Origin: Octopus sinensis
Lineage: Eukaryota
Assembly (NCBI RefSeq): GCF_006345805.1
Contig: NC_043001.1
Span: 30,814,001 to 30,878,000, forward strand
DNA: 64,000 nucleotides
Reading direction: 5' to 3'
Position numbers and translations under genes: made by a program. Numbering within the stretch: the stretch's first letter is position 1; the number at the start of each line of letters is the position of its first letter. The notes below the pieces were generated by a model. The model searched no databases. It had not been told where the DNA came from and worked only from the letters and a program-made list of their open reading frames with translations. Positions 11,401 to 24,796 of the stretch are shown piece after piece.

Positions 11401-14124
11401 GTATACTGGGTGCTTTGTATGTGGCATCATCATCAATGCTTTTTACATGGCACCAGCACCAGTGCTTTTTACATGGCACCAGCACCAGTGTTCTTCGTGG
11501 GCAAGCATTACCAAAGTGGTCTGATGTTACCAAGGTAGTGTTAAACATTACCACTTGTCACTTAGCTAAAACTCTTAACATTCAATAACCGAGTTCAATT
11601 AGCTTAAATATTTCTATTTTATCTCAGATCAGTTTTTATAAATCAGATCTATGACCAAAAATGTTCCTTCCATGACCATCTTGTCTTTTTCAGATGTAGT
11701 GTATCTAGGACAACATTATCCAATATATTCCACTTTTCTCTGAGACAGTAACACTATTGTTTGTAATTTTTTTTTTACTGTTAAATCATTGAAATACTTC
11801 ACAAAATGCATAATATCAAATATTTCTGTTTTTATGCAAACTAGATTCAATTTTATTTTGTAGCCATTATTTTCACATCCATTATTCCTGTGTTGCATTC
11901 TTGCAGTAAAGTTTACTAGTTATGCTTGTATTATGCCTTGAAAAAATTGCAAAAAATTTGGACTTCAGTTAGAAAATATCTGTTCCTTCAAATCTTTGCA
12001 CATTTTTAAAAATATGATTTTGAGCATTCTTTCTGCTATTCCTAAAATCTGAACCACAGAATGATTTTAGGAAGGGGTAAAAACAGAAAATAGCTGTTCT
12101 CCCTAACTGTGTGCTTATGTGCACATTCATGTTTTATAACTAAAGAGAAAAAAAATTGTTCACTTACAAGGTTCTCGGGATGTAATCGGATTTTTTAATT
12201 GAAGTGGGCGATGGTTACTCACATGGATGTACACAATGTGCAAAGAAAGACAAAATGTGCACACAATGAAAATTTCTGAACACTCCCACGGTAAAAAACA
12301 AAACAAAAAAAAAATTAACGAGAATATTGCTAATGGCTAAGATTTGTTCTATATTTATAGCAAGAAAATTCTACATTATGTCTCATTTTACTTTGATGCT
12401 TATCTTTAGTTTGGTGAAACCCAATAGTGTTAATTAAATCATTTCAACTCTCTCCAATATGCACACCATGCTCTTTGACAAATTTTCTGCTGGTTCTGAT
12501 TTCATATCTAAAATTGTTGAAATATTTACCAGTCTTTTCTTCTGCAGCTCTATGTGTTGATAGATCCAATGGGAAAATGTACAGAAATAGTGGATATCAT
12601 GAAATTTTTTCCTTGATTTTAATATTCTTCATATTTGTTGATATCCATGTTTTTCAGCTTTGCTAGCAACATCTCTCCTGATACCAGGAGATAAAGATTA
12701 TTGATGTTAAACCTGAGACAACCTGTTAGATATTTGTGTGTTTCGCTGAGAATGGTATCAAGAGAGCTTGTACTTGAAGATCAATCTCATACTGGACAAG
12801 CATATTTTGCAATGATGTGATATTGATCCAAGACTGTTATTTTGACTTAAACCTTTCTAGAAAGTTATTACATTCATATAATATCATTCTGAGCTCACTT
12901 TGGACCTTAGATTATTTAAGTATTTCCTGAATGCTGGACTACTGTCTTGTACTCAGCATATTTCGTATTCCAGTAGTGTTCCATCATACACCAGACTTTA
13001 AAATATTTAACTTAACTCTGAATTTGTTTCATTGCTTTTTAAAAGGGATTCAGAAACTTGTATTTTCACAGGGTTAGCAATTAATTGAGGGTCTTTATAG
13101 TTACAGCTTAGATTGTTTAAAGTTCAAGTCAGGTTTCAATTTTTTTATTTTGAGGTAGATTAAATAATACTTATGAATACAGTTTTAGGTTTGGGGAGTA
13201 CCTTCTCACACATTACTGGTATTTGCTTATTAGTAAATTCTAAATCAGGGTTGTCATCATATTTCTAGTGTCTACCATTGAACGATTTTGTTTGTTAAGC
13301 AAAGATCATTGTTTTCTGCCCTAGAATTAACTTTTCATTCAATGTTACTAATTTGAGCAAACCTCATTGAATATTATGACTATTAAATTCTTCAATAATA
13401 AATTTGAGTTTTGATGAATTTATAAGTGGTATCTCACAATCAAGAAAGGGCAAACCCATAAATTTCTAAATCAGTATTATTATGAATTATTTCCATTAGA
13501 ATATTATTTCTACTTCCATGTATTGCTGTAATAGACATTTTGTTTTTCATAAATAGACCTTTCTGTGTTGCCAACTTATCATGTTCTCTTATTTCTACTG
13601 TGATGAAAAAACACTGCTACTTACTGGGTTTCATTTTAGGATTACACATACTTTCCATTATTATGACTTGGTGTCATCCTGGTTATTCACATCATCAACA
13701 TCATAATGCCTGTCTTTCTATGCTGCACCAGTTAATATTCTCACATACACAAACTATCCAAGTGCTTTCTTGACTGCTTTCTCACCTTCAGATCTATTCA
13801 TCACCATCTCTATGCCTGTCAAATGGTCTATTACCTAAAAGCAACACACCTCACATCTGCTGTCTGTGCAACAAACTAACACACTTGAGTTCTTTAATTC
13901 TAAGCTGATAACCACAAGCAGCAAATGTATTTCCTTCTGACACATTGCAGACAGCTAATCAACTGACTGACACCATCTTTATAGCTATGTCTCTACTAAT
14001 TCTTTTTACAACCTAAATCTACCATGTTTCACCTATGACTGTACTGTGGCTGTGCAAGAGAAGAAGACAACCTTCAATAACTAGAGGTAGGAGTTAACTT
14101 TTTACAACAATACTAGCATTTTTT

Positions 14125-14519
14125 TTTTACTTGTTTCAGTCATTTTGACTGTGGCCATGCTGGAGCACTGCCTTTAATCGAGCAATTCGACCCCGGGACT
14201 TATTCTTTGTAAGCCCAGTATTTATTATATCGGTCTCTTTTGCTGAACCGCTAAGTGACAGGGACATAAACACACCAGTATCGGTTGTCAAGCAATGCTA
14301 GGGGGACAAACACAGACATACACACATACACGCACATACATATATATACATATATACAACGGGCTTCTTTCAGTTTCCGTCTACCAAATCCACTCTCAAG
14401 ACTTTGGTCGGCCCGAGGCTATAGTAGAAGACACTTGCCCAAGGTGCCACGCAGTGGGACTGAACCCGGAACCATGTGGTTGGTAAACAAGCTACTTACC
14501 ACACAGCCACTCCTGCGCC
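14125..14519 (-). mobile_element. tRNA-derived SINE (GGAGTGGCTGTGTGGTAAG head family)
   Basis: A-box TGGCTGTGTGG, B-box GGTTCAGTCC, internal (TA)n(TG)n, tail ACTGAAACAAGTAAAAGAG. Approximate other copies: 16740-16965-, 17240-17550+, 17815-18232+, 18235-18535-, 27755-28576, 29965-30125-, 30236-30638+, 38714-39000+, 47943-48555+. Confidence 0.85.
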
Positions 14520-15779
14520 TATGATAATTATCAAGATAATAAATGCCTTTATACATTGTATAGCTTTTAAGCTCCCTTACATCATACCTCACTGGTAGGA
14601 TTTATTAAATTTATGGACTCCTCTTACCTGTCACACCTAAACCAAGGTGGCTCCATAAGTATCAATTCTTTGGACAAAGCTAGCATTTATTGTACATTTT
14701 GCTTCCAACAATACACTTCACATTCAAAAAATTCCTCCCAGTTTCTCTGTCCCTACACCTATCTTCCTTTCTCACACTGATACCATGTATACACAGTTAC
14801 TCCAATCTAACAATGACCCTGGCAATATCTTTCCATTATCCTCAACAATGTGCTTTAAATCTGTTTTCTATTGTTACCTAACTTTTCTCTTTCTTTCTCT
14901 GTTTGTCTATTAATCTATCCCTCTAGGCGTGTGTGTGTGTGCACACACAGACACCCCACACATCTTTGGAATTGTACTGTTGTGTGTGTGGTCCCCAAAA
15001 TGAGCAATTTCTCTGAAACTATCAATAAGCATCCTTTTGCTCTGACATCCCACATTTTGAATGTGGTGTAAACAATTATAAGCTGTCAGCTCCTTCATAA
15101 GATCATTGAATCTTTCCTTTCTTATCAATCACCAATACAGCTGAATATATTTTCCTACATCACAGAGTGATTTAGAATTTACTAATAAGCAAATACCAAT
15201 GTTGTTGCCCTTGTTAGCAGCAAACCCTTCAACCATGTTTTGCATGAAAACTTCCTAGCTATGTTACTCGCGGGCTCTGTCTGTTTCTCAACTTTTTGGT
15301 CAGAACTTTCCAATGTAACAGGTACTGGTCAGTACTATCTATCATATACTCTATCAGCTCTTCTATATCATCTACTCAGAAGCTAAACACCTCATAGTAG
15401 ACAAGCATTACTTAAAGAACAAATCCTCGAATCGGATCATGACCAATTCACCAATCTACTTCCTCTGATAAGGCATGACAGTTTTTCGTGCTTATCAAGA
15501 AAATAGCCCATCACAACATTCAAATTATGCATAAACAATACCTAGCCAAATACCATAAAGTCACTATAAGTTCTGTGTTTAACAAGCTCTGATCTCCTCA
15601 TAGTAATCTTACATAAAGCCAAAACTGCATTAAAAAATCTGATTTTCACTATGGCTCTGGTTTCAGTCCCACTGTGTGGCAACTTGGACAAGTATCTTCT
15701 TCTTACGGAGTATACTATAACATTTTTCAATTTCTTCTGCCATTACTTCAATGGTCTCTGCAAAGGTGGACTACTAAGG

Positions 15780-16740
15780 TGTTCCTGAATTCAATATTGA
15801 ATGGAAGAACTCATTAAGCTTTGAAATAAAGTGAGGATATTGGCTGGAATATCAGGTCAAAAGTGCTTGCCATTGGGTAGAGCACCTATGACTTTCTTAG
15901 AAGGTGATATGGTGATATGTGTTTTGGGAAAATGAGCTATATTGCTTCCTCATTGATAGCAGTGGGATAGTTCAGGACACAAAGGAAATGCCCCATCCAT
16001 CTTTCAAGGATTTTCTTGTCTGTTTAATGCTGTCAATCTATTTATGCTCAGTAACAGACCACACTTTTATAAGAAGAAAATAGTCCACCTTTACAAGAGG
16101 AACAGAAAGTGTTAGTACTGTAGCAACCACATGAACATATATCTGTTGTCAATGGCTCAAAAGATCCTTGTTTGAATATTGTTGAACTGGCTGATTGATC
16201 TCTTTGAAGAGGGCCTTCTGCCTGACAGCTACAGTAGCTTTAGAAAGAGTATAGTCATTGTAAAATCAACATGGTAGTTGTGGCATACCAACTTCAGAAG
16301 TGTCTGGAGTATCTTCATCATTTTTACACTACTCTGAATTAACCTTATAAAAGAATTTGATATTGTTAATTGTGAGGAGCTCTGGAGGAATTATGGCCTT
16401 GTTCAATATCCCATGTTTATTGCTCTGGTATGGTTGTTGCATGGAAAGAATTGATTATGGAGAGTCAATAGTGGTATTCCAAGTCGCAAATGGTGTTAAG
16501 CAAGGTGTGCTAGCACCTGAGCTTTTCATCATAATGTTGGTAGCCATGCTGATTGATTTATTTCAGAACTTTGAGAGTGACTTTCTCATACACTATCACA
16601 TTGGTGGAAAGCTCTTTAACCTTTGTACACTTGGGACCAAGCCATAGTGGAGAAGAGAGTGTGCATACAGCTTCCTGTTTGTGGGTGAATATGTTCTCAA
16701 TGCAGGATCAAACTCTGGGATGCAGCAGTGCATGAACAAG
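15780..16740 (+). mobile_element. Highly decayed RTE-type LINE reverse transcriptase fragment
   Basis: FQVANGVKQGVLAPELFIIML resembles RT motif GVKQGCVLAPTLF, followed by GKLFNL; many stops and frameshifts. Boundaries approximate. Confidence 0.65.
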
Positions 16741-17977
16741 ACAAACATAGACAAACAAACATATACACACACACACATATATATAAATATATATACATAT
16801 ATATGATGGGCTTCTTTCAGTTTCCGTTTACCAAATCGACTCACAAGGCTTTGGTCGGCCCGAGGCTATAGTAAAAGACACTTGCCCAAGGTGCCATGCA
16901 ATGGGAATGAACCCGGAACCATGTGGCTGGTAAGCAAGCTACTTACCACACAGCCACTCCTGTGCCTGTCTATATGTAAGGACAACCACAATCTTACTTG
17001 GCTTGACATATCTTCTGAAGCACTGCAAACTGCCCGGAGTCTCAGTCTCCTGTCATCCTCTCTGTGAGGCCTAATGTCTGAAGGATCTTTCTCACCACTT
17101 CTTACACACACACACACATCTTTTGATTTTTACTTGTTTCAGTCATTGGATTGCAGCCATGCGGGGCACTGCCTTGAAGAGTTTAGTTGAATAAATCAAC
17201 TCCAGAACATATATTTTATTTTTAAGCTTGGTAGTATAGGCGCTTCAGGCCGACCAAACCCTTGTAAGTGGGTTTGGTAGATGGAAACTGGAAGAAGCCT
17301 GTCATATATATGTATATAATGTATGTGTGTATATGTTTCTGTGTCTGTGTTTGTCCCCCCAACATCGCTTGACAACCGATGCTGGTGTGTTTACGTCCCC
17401 GTAACTTAGCGGTTCAGTAAAAGAGACTGATAGAATAAGTACTAGGCTTACAAAGAATAAGTCCTGGGGTCGATTTACTTGACTAAAGGCGGTGCTCTAG
17501 CATGGCCACAGTCAAATGACTGAAGCAAGTAAAAGACTAAAGAGAGAGTATTTATTCTGTCAGTCTGTTTTGCTGAACTCCAAAGTTACATAAACACACA
17601 CAGTTCTACAATACACTCTTCTCCTATATGCTTTGTCAACCTATGCCGTTTTTCATTGTTACTTTTCTTGACACAGATCAGCTCTAATGCAGCAGATCTA
17701 TGATACATGGTCTCCTTGTAATATTTCTATATTTCATTGAGATGTAATGTATCTAGGACTACATTATCTAATGTGTTACTCAAATTGACACTAGTACTTA
17801 TTTCTTTTTAAAAAGGCGCAGGAGTGGCTATGAGGTAAGTAGCTTGCTTACCAACCACATGGTTCCGGGTTCAGTCCCACTGTGTAGCATCGTGGACAAG
17901 TGTCTTCTACTATAGCCTCGGGCCGACCAAAGCCTTGTGAGTGGATTTGGTAGATGGAAGCTGAAAGAAGCCCGTCG

Positions 17978-18016
<39 letters not shown>

Positions 18017-19083
18017 ATGTTTGTGTGTCTGTGTTTGTCCCCCTAGCATTGCTTGACAACCGATGCTGGTGTGTTTATGTCCCTGTCACTTAGCGGTTCA
18101 GCAAAATAGACCGATAGAATAAGTACTAGGCTTACAAAGAATAAGTCCTGGGGTTGATTTGCTCAATAAAGGTGGTGCTCCAGCATGGCTACAGTCAAAT
18201 GACTGAAACAAGTAAAAGAGTAAAAGAGAGAGCATGTTACTTATTCTATCTGTCTCTTTTACTTAATTTTGAAGCTACAGGGACATAAACGAACAAACAT
18301 TGGTTGTCAAGTGGTGGTGGTAGGGATAACTTGAAGACAACCACACATGTGCGTGCACATGTGTGTGTATGTGTGAGGGGTTTCTTTTGGTATTTGTCTA
18401 CCAAGTCCACTTACAAGACTTTGGTCAACCCAGGGTTGTAGTATAAGGCACTTGCCCAAGGTCCTTTGCACTGGAACTGAACCCAGAACCATGTAATTGG
18501 GAAGCAAAACTTCTTACCACACACAGCTATGCCTGAGTGAGAGTGAGAGGGATGGCAGATAAAAAAAGAAAACTATTAAAAGGATGAAGATGATTCTAAA
18601 GGAAGAAGGAGACAAACAAATATGCAGTATGAGTTAGAAATGTAAAACATGTGGTCAAAAGCACCGAAAAATAAAAACGGAAGTAATAACAACAAAGGAT
18701 TATGTAGAACAGAATATAAATCTGCCAAATGGAAGCAGATGTAACATTCCAAGAAAAAAAATTCAAATTGTGAGTAGGAGGTGAAAAAGAAATAATAATG
18801 ATACATGCATAAATACATACACACATGTATTTATATATGTGTGTGTATATACACACATTCCTGTGCACTTGTATTTATTTTGTTTTCTCATACAAGCAAG
18901 AGTTAGATTAATATATCATTTAGATATTATTTTGTAGCCAGAGGCTCTTCCTGTTGCTAACCCTTATCTTTCCTTTAAGTAAGGTATGTTTTATTCCTCA
19001 TGTCTTTGAAGACACAAAGTTAACAGGCTATTTGTTAACAGTATCACTGCTTCAATGATTTTCAGGGAAGTGCAAATGTAAAC

Positions 19084-19145
<62 letters not shown>

Positions 19146-19308
19146 CAGGTTTCTTACAGTTTCTTTTTACAAAATACCCTCACAAGACTCTGGTCAGTCT
19201 GAGGTTCTAATAGAAAAATTTGCTACACTGAGCTATGTGGCTGCAAAGCAAACTTCTTTACTATATAACCATGCTGATACCTTTATGTATGTACATGTGT
19301 GTGTGTGT

Positions 19309-19343
<35 letters not shown>

Positions 19344-21260
19344 TGTGGACATGCTCATAGCTGTGGTTTGATTCTGTGTGCAGTTTATATTTGTCATCTT
19401 AGTAGTTGAGTGCCCAATGTGGCAATTGGTTTGTTATTGTGACATAATGCATGAACTATAAATAAAATGCTGTGGTATTGAAACATATATAGCATGGATC
19501 AAACTGCTAGCATCCATTCATATCCTTTTATGACATATATTTATGCATTCTCATACATATATAAATGTATACATGTACGGGTATATGATGGCACGTAAAA
19601 AGCACCCACTACACTCACGGAGTGGTTGGCGTTAGGAAGGGCATCCAGCTGTAGAAACTCTGCCAGATCAAGATTGGAGCCTGGTGCAGCCATCTGGTTC
19701 GCCAGACCTCAGTCAAAATTGTCCAACCCATGCTAGCATGGAAAGCAGACGTTAAACGATGATGATGATGATATATATATATATATACACACATACATGT
19801 GCTTATACATATATAAATTATAATCATCCACAATTGCAGAAACCATAGCATTTTACATTCAGCCAAAAATACCTTTTAATTCCATACCAGTCATTTAATC
19901 TCAGAAAAATAATTCAAGAGTCACAAATTATTAACAACTGTAGACAAACACCGACTTTTAAGAGACTTTTAATGAGGAAAAGCTATGAAGAAATTATGCA
20001 GGTAACCAAATGTGGAGACTTTTGTTGTAAAGACTATTGATGTGTAAACTGACTGAAAATTTTAGAAAACAAGAGATTCACATATGGGAAAGAATTGAAA
20101 GATAGTGCAAATATGAATTGCAAACCAAAAATTTTATTTACTGCATGACATGTTCCCAATGCCATGGGAATTATACCAGCCAAACAGGATCAAAATTTAT
20201 AGCCTGAGTTAGAGTGCATGAGCATCAAATCAAAGATCCATCTATTTGTAATGTTCAATTTGTGCAAATAGAAAATTCAGAATATTCTCGTTTTTCAAAA
20301 TAAGGAAGAAAATTTACAAAAAGCAAAAGAAGAATACACTGTAACTGTGTAAGAATTCTAAATCTGAAATAAGAAATAGTTAAAACAGTTATAACAATAA
20401 AAGCAACTGATTATATTTGCATCACCTTATAACATGTTTATTTGAAAAGTTTAAAACAACAAGATGTTCTTACAGAAAATATTCCTTTCAGAAGGTCAGT
20501 GTTCATCTGCTTTTTTAAAAACTTTCTTTAAAAAATATAATTCATACATTTTTATTCAACAAAATTATTTTTCTAATATTCTGAATAAATTAAGGAATGT
20601 TTTCTAAAATAATTTTAATATATATTAGTGTGTGTGTGTGTGTGTACGTGTACTTGTATATGTATATATAAATGCATATATATATATATTTCATATATTT
20701 AAATTCATTTCGTCGTTGTATTTACTGCAGTTATATATATATATATATATATATATTTATTTGTTTTATTTTTTATTTTATCTAGTTTCAGCTCACGAGC
20801 TGTGGCCATGCTGGGGCACCGCCATTTAAATGGAATGCTTACAGCACCTAGGTTTCCCAAATATAAAAATATCATCATCATCATCATTTAACATCTGTTG
20901 TCCATGCTAGTATAGGTTTCATAGTTTGACCTGGGCTGGCAAGCTGGAAGGCTGTTTCAGACTCTAGTCTGATTTGGTATGGTTTCTGTGGCTGGATGCC
21001 CTTCCTAATGCCTACCATTCTGAGAGTGTAATAGGTGCTTTTATGTGCCGTTTGTGTGACACCAGTATCTGCCTTGAATATAATTTCACTTGGCTTGGTG
21101 AGTCTTCTTCTCAAGCACGGCATAATGCCAAAGGTCTTGGTCATTTGTCATTGCCTCCATGAGGCACAACACTTGAAAGGTGCTTTTCACGTGCTACTGG
21201 CATCGGCTACCTTATCTCCATGAGGCCCAGTGCTCAAAAGGTGCTTTTTATGTGCCAATA

Positions 21261-22171
21261 CGAGGTGGTACCCAAAAATAACTGGAAACATTCTCTGTGG
21301 GACAAACTTGTAGTTCAGGTTTCTGTTGCTAGAAGCCACTTGATGTGATCCTCAGGCATCAATCTGCCGACTGGCATTGTCTGGTGAAGTTGTACTGCCA
21401 TGTGGTGTGTATTTGTTTCGTAGTGCTTCTCCCCTGTTCATTGACTTTTGTGATCGCTGAAACGATGGAACAGCGTGCTTCTGTGAAATTCTGTTTTCTG
21501 CTGGTGAAAATGGTGACTGAAACAGATGTCATACTTCAAACAGCTTACAAGGACACTGTCATGAGCAAAACACAAGTTCACGAGTGGTTTCCATGCTTTA
21601 GGAATGGTCACTTGTCACTTGAAGACCAGCCTCATTCAGGATGACTGTTAACCTCCCAGACGAATGAAAACATCATAAAAATTCATGAAGTGATTTTGGA
21701 GAACCATCACTGAACTATTGATGAACTTGTTGATATGACTGGTGTGTCCTGGAGCTCCTGCCAAGGAATTTTGTGTGAGGAATTGCAAACGAAAAGAGTT
21801 GTATCAAAATTTGTGCCTTGCTTGCCTACAGAAAATCAAAAGCAGTCACAACTGAATGTGTGTTGTGAACTGAAAGAATTGGAAGTTGATCCGGAATTTT
21901 TATCAAAGGTCATCGCTGGCAACAAAAGTTGGTGCTATGGAATTTGCAGATGTGGAAGAGGTGAAGAAGAAAACAACGAAGGTATTAAAAGGTATCACCT
22001 TGCAAGAGTCCCAGCACTGCTTCTAATAGTGGAAAATGCTCCTGGAACAATGCATTGTTTCAAATGGAGAATACTTAGAAGGCGATAAAAGTGTAAACAT
22101 GTAAAACTAAGTGAATAAAATAATATTGCAGAATTCCAATTTTTTTTGGGGGGGTGGGGGGGTACCCCTCG
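21261..22171 (+). mobile_element. Internally deleted mariner transposon
   Basis: Ends TA|CGAGGTGGTACC and GGTACCCCTCG. Motifs MEQRASVKFCF, EDQPHSG, KFVPCL and IAGNKSWCYG, then a jump to the C-terminal GEYLEGD. Confidence 0.88.
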
Positions 22172-22202
22172 TGCATATATGTATGTGTGTGTGTGTAAAT
22201 AC

Positions 22203-22423
22203 ATATAAAAGGGAAAACCTGTAAGTGGACATCCATTATGCTAGAAGAAGATCCGTTATGGTCTTACCACTAAGAAAGGAATGTTCTCAAGAAAAATTTA
22301 GCAAACGCCAAAACATAAATTTTGCTAAATTTTTCTTGAGAACATTCCTTTCTTAGTGGTAAGACCATAGCGGATCTTCTTCTAGCATAATGGATGTCCA
22401 CTTACCGGTCATCCCTTTTATAT
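22203..22423. repeat. Near-perfect hairpin, about 100-bp arms with a short loop
   Basis: ATATAAAAGGGA...AAATTTAGCAAA (to about 22304) is reverse-complementary to TTTGCTAAATTT...TCCCTTTTATAT with few mismatches. Confidence 0.92.
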
Positions 22424-22529
22424 GTATGTAATATAATTTTTTTCTGAAACTTCAGATTTTTTAAATATGCTAGACCACTGGTGTTAAATTAATATTAATC
22501 AAATTAATATTCAATTTTTCACTCTTATT

Positions 22530-22748
22530 ATGTGACAGTTATTCGGTAGCCATCATAAAACTCCGAGTTTCGGATGCTGAGGTGGAAATCCACGCTGCCA
22601 TCACTTCAGTTATCTGGCCATCAGAAAAATGCTATTTTTTCAAAGCATTTTTCCAATGGCCGGATAACTGAAGAGATGGCGGTGTGGATTTCCACCACAG
22701 CATCCAAAACTCGGAGTTTTATCATGGCTACTGAATAATTGTCACATT
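22530..22748. ncRNA. Hairpin of about 105-bp arms, each arm carrying a hammerhead motif
   Basis: + arm 22663-22723: GAUAA-CUGAAGA-GAUG..CAUCC-AAAA-CUCGGAG-UU-UUAUC. - arm 22554-22614: GAUAA-CUGAAGU-GAUG..CAUCC-GAAA-CUCGGAG-UU-UUAUG. Confidence 0.75.
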
Positions 22749-23149
22749 TACAGACAAATTCCTCTATTTACATAATATCGATGTCTCTTTCTTTCTTTTG
22801 TTGTCTTACCATTTTTATCAATACATATATATATATATATATATATATTTATCATTGATATAATATGATTTATGATTATCCACAGGTAAACATAAATTCC
22901 CATTTTGAACTATTGCTGAATGGGTTCTGTTCAAGTTAAGTTCTGTGTATTCAGTAGACTCACACTTGACTCTCTTTTGCTAGATATTCATTGAGAGCGT
23001 TGTAGTGTTTTCTTTGAGGCAGTGTTCAAATGAGCACCACTAACATCACCCATCCATGTTGTTCTGTTGACTTTAGCTTCAGCAGCAATGACAAAAGTTT
23101 GTGGATGATTGCTGTGTCCAGATACGGTACCAGACATTAAGTATTGATA

Positions 23150-23939
23150 TTGAGTTGTCCGGAAAGTTCATGCCGATTTTTAAAGGAAAGAAAAAGGTCA
23201 ATAAATACTTGCCATTACATTTTTAGTCAACCAAATATGAACCATTTTGTTGCACAATGCATCTCCATCTTTCCTTTAACTTGAAAATACCCTCTTCCCA
23301 GAATTGAGGTGGTTTCATAGCAAAGAATTCATCAAGGTATCTTTTTACATCATCCAAGGAATTGAAATTTTTACCATTAAGACTATTCTTCAGAGACCTG
23401 AATAAGTGGAAATCTGAAGGAGCAATATCTGGTGAATATAGAGGGTGGGGTGACACATCCCAGTCGAGCTGCAGCAATTTTTGTCTGGTTCCCAAAGCAT
23501 CAAGTGCCGAAAATGAACTTACTTATCTTCCATTTTAAAGGGTTACAGAATTAACACAGGTTATAGGAAAATAAACCTTCTTCCACGAAAAGATAGCTTA
23601 ACCCTTTTGTTACCAACCTGGCTGAAACCGGCTCTGGCTCTGAGTACTAATGCTTTGTTTTCATAAGTTTTCAATTAAAATCTTCCACCAAACCTTAGTC
23701 GCAATTTATGTTCCTAACACTAGCTGAATGATAACTAAGTTATTTTACTAAATTCTTTGTTATATTTAAAGTAATTGAAAGAAACACTGAGTATCTCAAA
23801 ATAAATACAGTAACGAAAGGGTAAAACTGTGCTCTAAATGGAGGTGTAGTCATATCCTATTTTATGGACTCAACCATGTTCTAAAATAAGTCGAAAGGTA
23901 AGCTACTATAAATCGGCATGAACTTTCTGGACAACCCAA
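23150..23939 (-). mobile_element. Internally deleted mariner transposon
   Basis: TA-flanked TIRs TTG(A/G)GTTGTCC(G/A)GAAAGTTCATGCCGATTT. ORF fragment with HPLYSPDIAPSDFHLF...NGSYL. Confidence 0.9.
23602..23821. mobile_element. piggyBac-like MITE nested in mariner
   Basis: TTAA|CCCTTTTGTTAC ... GTAACGAAAGGG|TAAA termini. An inverted, truncated copy lies at 35686-35876. Confidence 0.7.
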
Positions 23940-24414
23940 TACAATGTACTCTGCTGGAAGGTATTGAGCACTTTTGATGTTTTACAGGAAATATATGCAT
24001 TACTTTACCCTGTGGTTTACAGCAATCTCACATATGCACATGCACGCACACACACACACACACACTCTCTCTCTCTCTCTCTCTATCTCTTTCTCTCTCT
24101 CTCTCACATACAAGTTATAAGAGATATGACTAGTTTCATGTGCAAAAAAAAAGGTTAAAGCCTGCAGTGTAGTGCATATGTATTTGCACCTAAACCCTTT
24201 ATAGCCATGCAGTGATTTCACAAATACTTTATTTCTTATATAATGAATATGCAAATATTCACAGCTGGTACAAAAGTATTGATTGAAGAAACAATTTACA
24301 CATATGTACACACAGATTCATGCATGTTTAATTTGGTGTTATTTGTTTTTTTATACCAAGATCAACTTTTCATGAACTATATATGGATTATCCAATTTAT
24401 TATTTTGTTTGTTC

Positions 24415-24792
24415 AGGAGTGGCTGTGTGGTAAGTAGCTTGCTAACCAACCACATGGTTCCGGGTTCAGTCCCACTGCGTGGCATCTTGCGCAAGTGTCT
24501 TCTGCTATAGCCCCGGGCCGACCAATGCCTTGTGAGTGGATTTGGTAGACGGAAACTGAAAGAAGCCTGTCGTATATATGTATATATATATATATGTGTG
24601 TGTGTTTGTCCCCCTAGCATTGCTTGACAAACGATGCTGGTGTGTTTACGTCCCCGTCACTTAGTGGTTCGGCAAAAGAGACCGATAGAATAAGTACTGG
24701 GCTTACAAAGAATAAGTCCCGGGGTCGATTTGCTCGACTAAAGGCAGTGCTCCAGCATGGCCGCAGTCAAATGACTGAAACAAGTAAAAGAG
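24415..24792 (+). mobile_element. tRNA-derived SINE (GGAGTGGCTGTGTGGTAAG family), full length
   Basis: Complete head to AAAAGAG tail; an inverted copy lies at 26355-26883. Confidence 0.85.
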
Positions 24793-24796
24793 TATA

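Noticed and set aside
14285-14524. Recurrent ORFs such as RLPNPLTRLWSARGYSRRHLPKVP and MRNWYLFNRPRKDE
   Set aside because: Chance frames in multi-copy SINEs, not a protein family.
14910-15260. Minus-strand LTAYNCLHHIQNVGC reminiscent of the hAT CxxH motif
   Set aside because: Too short and degenerate; no TIRs found.
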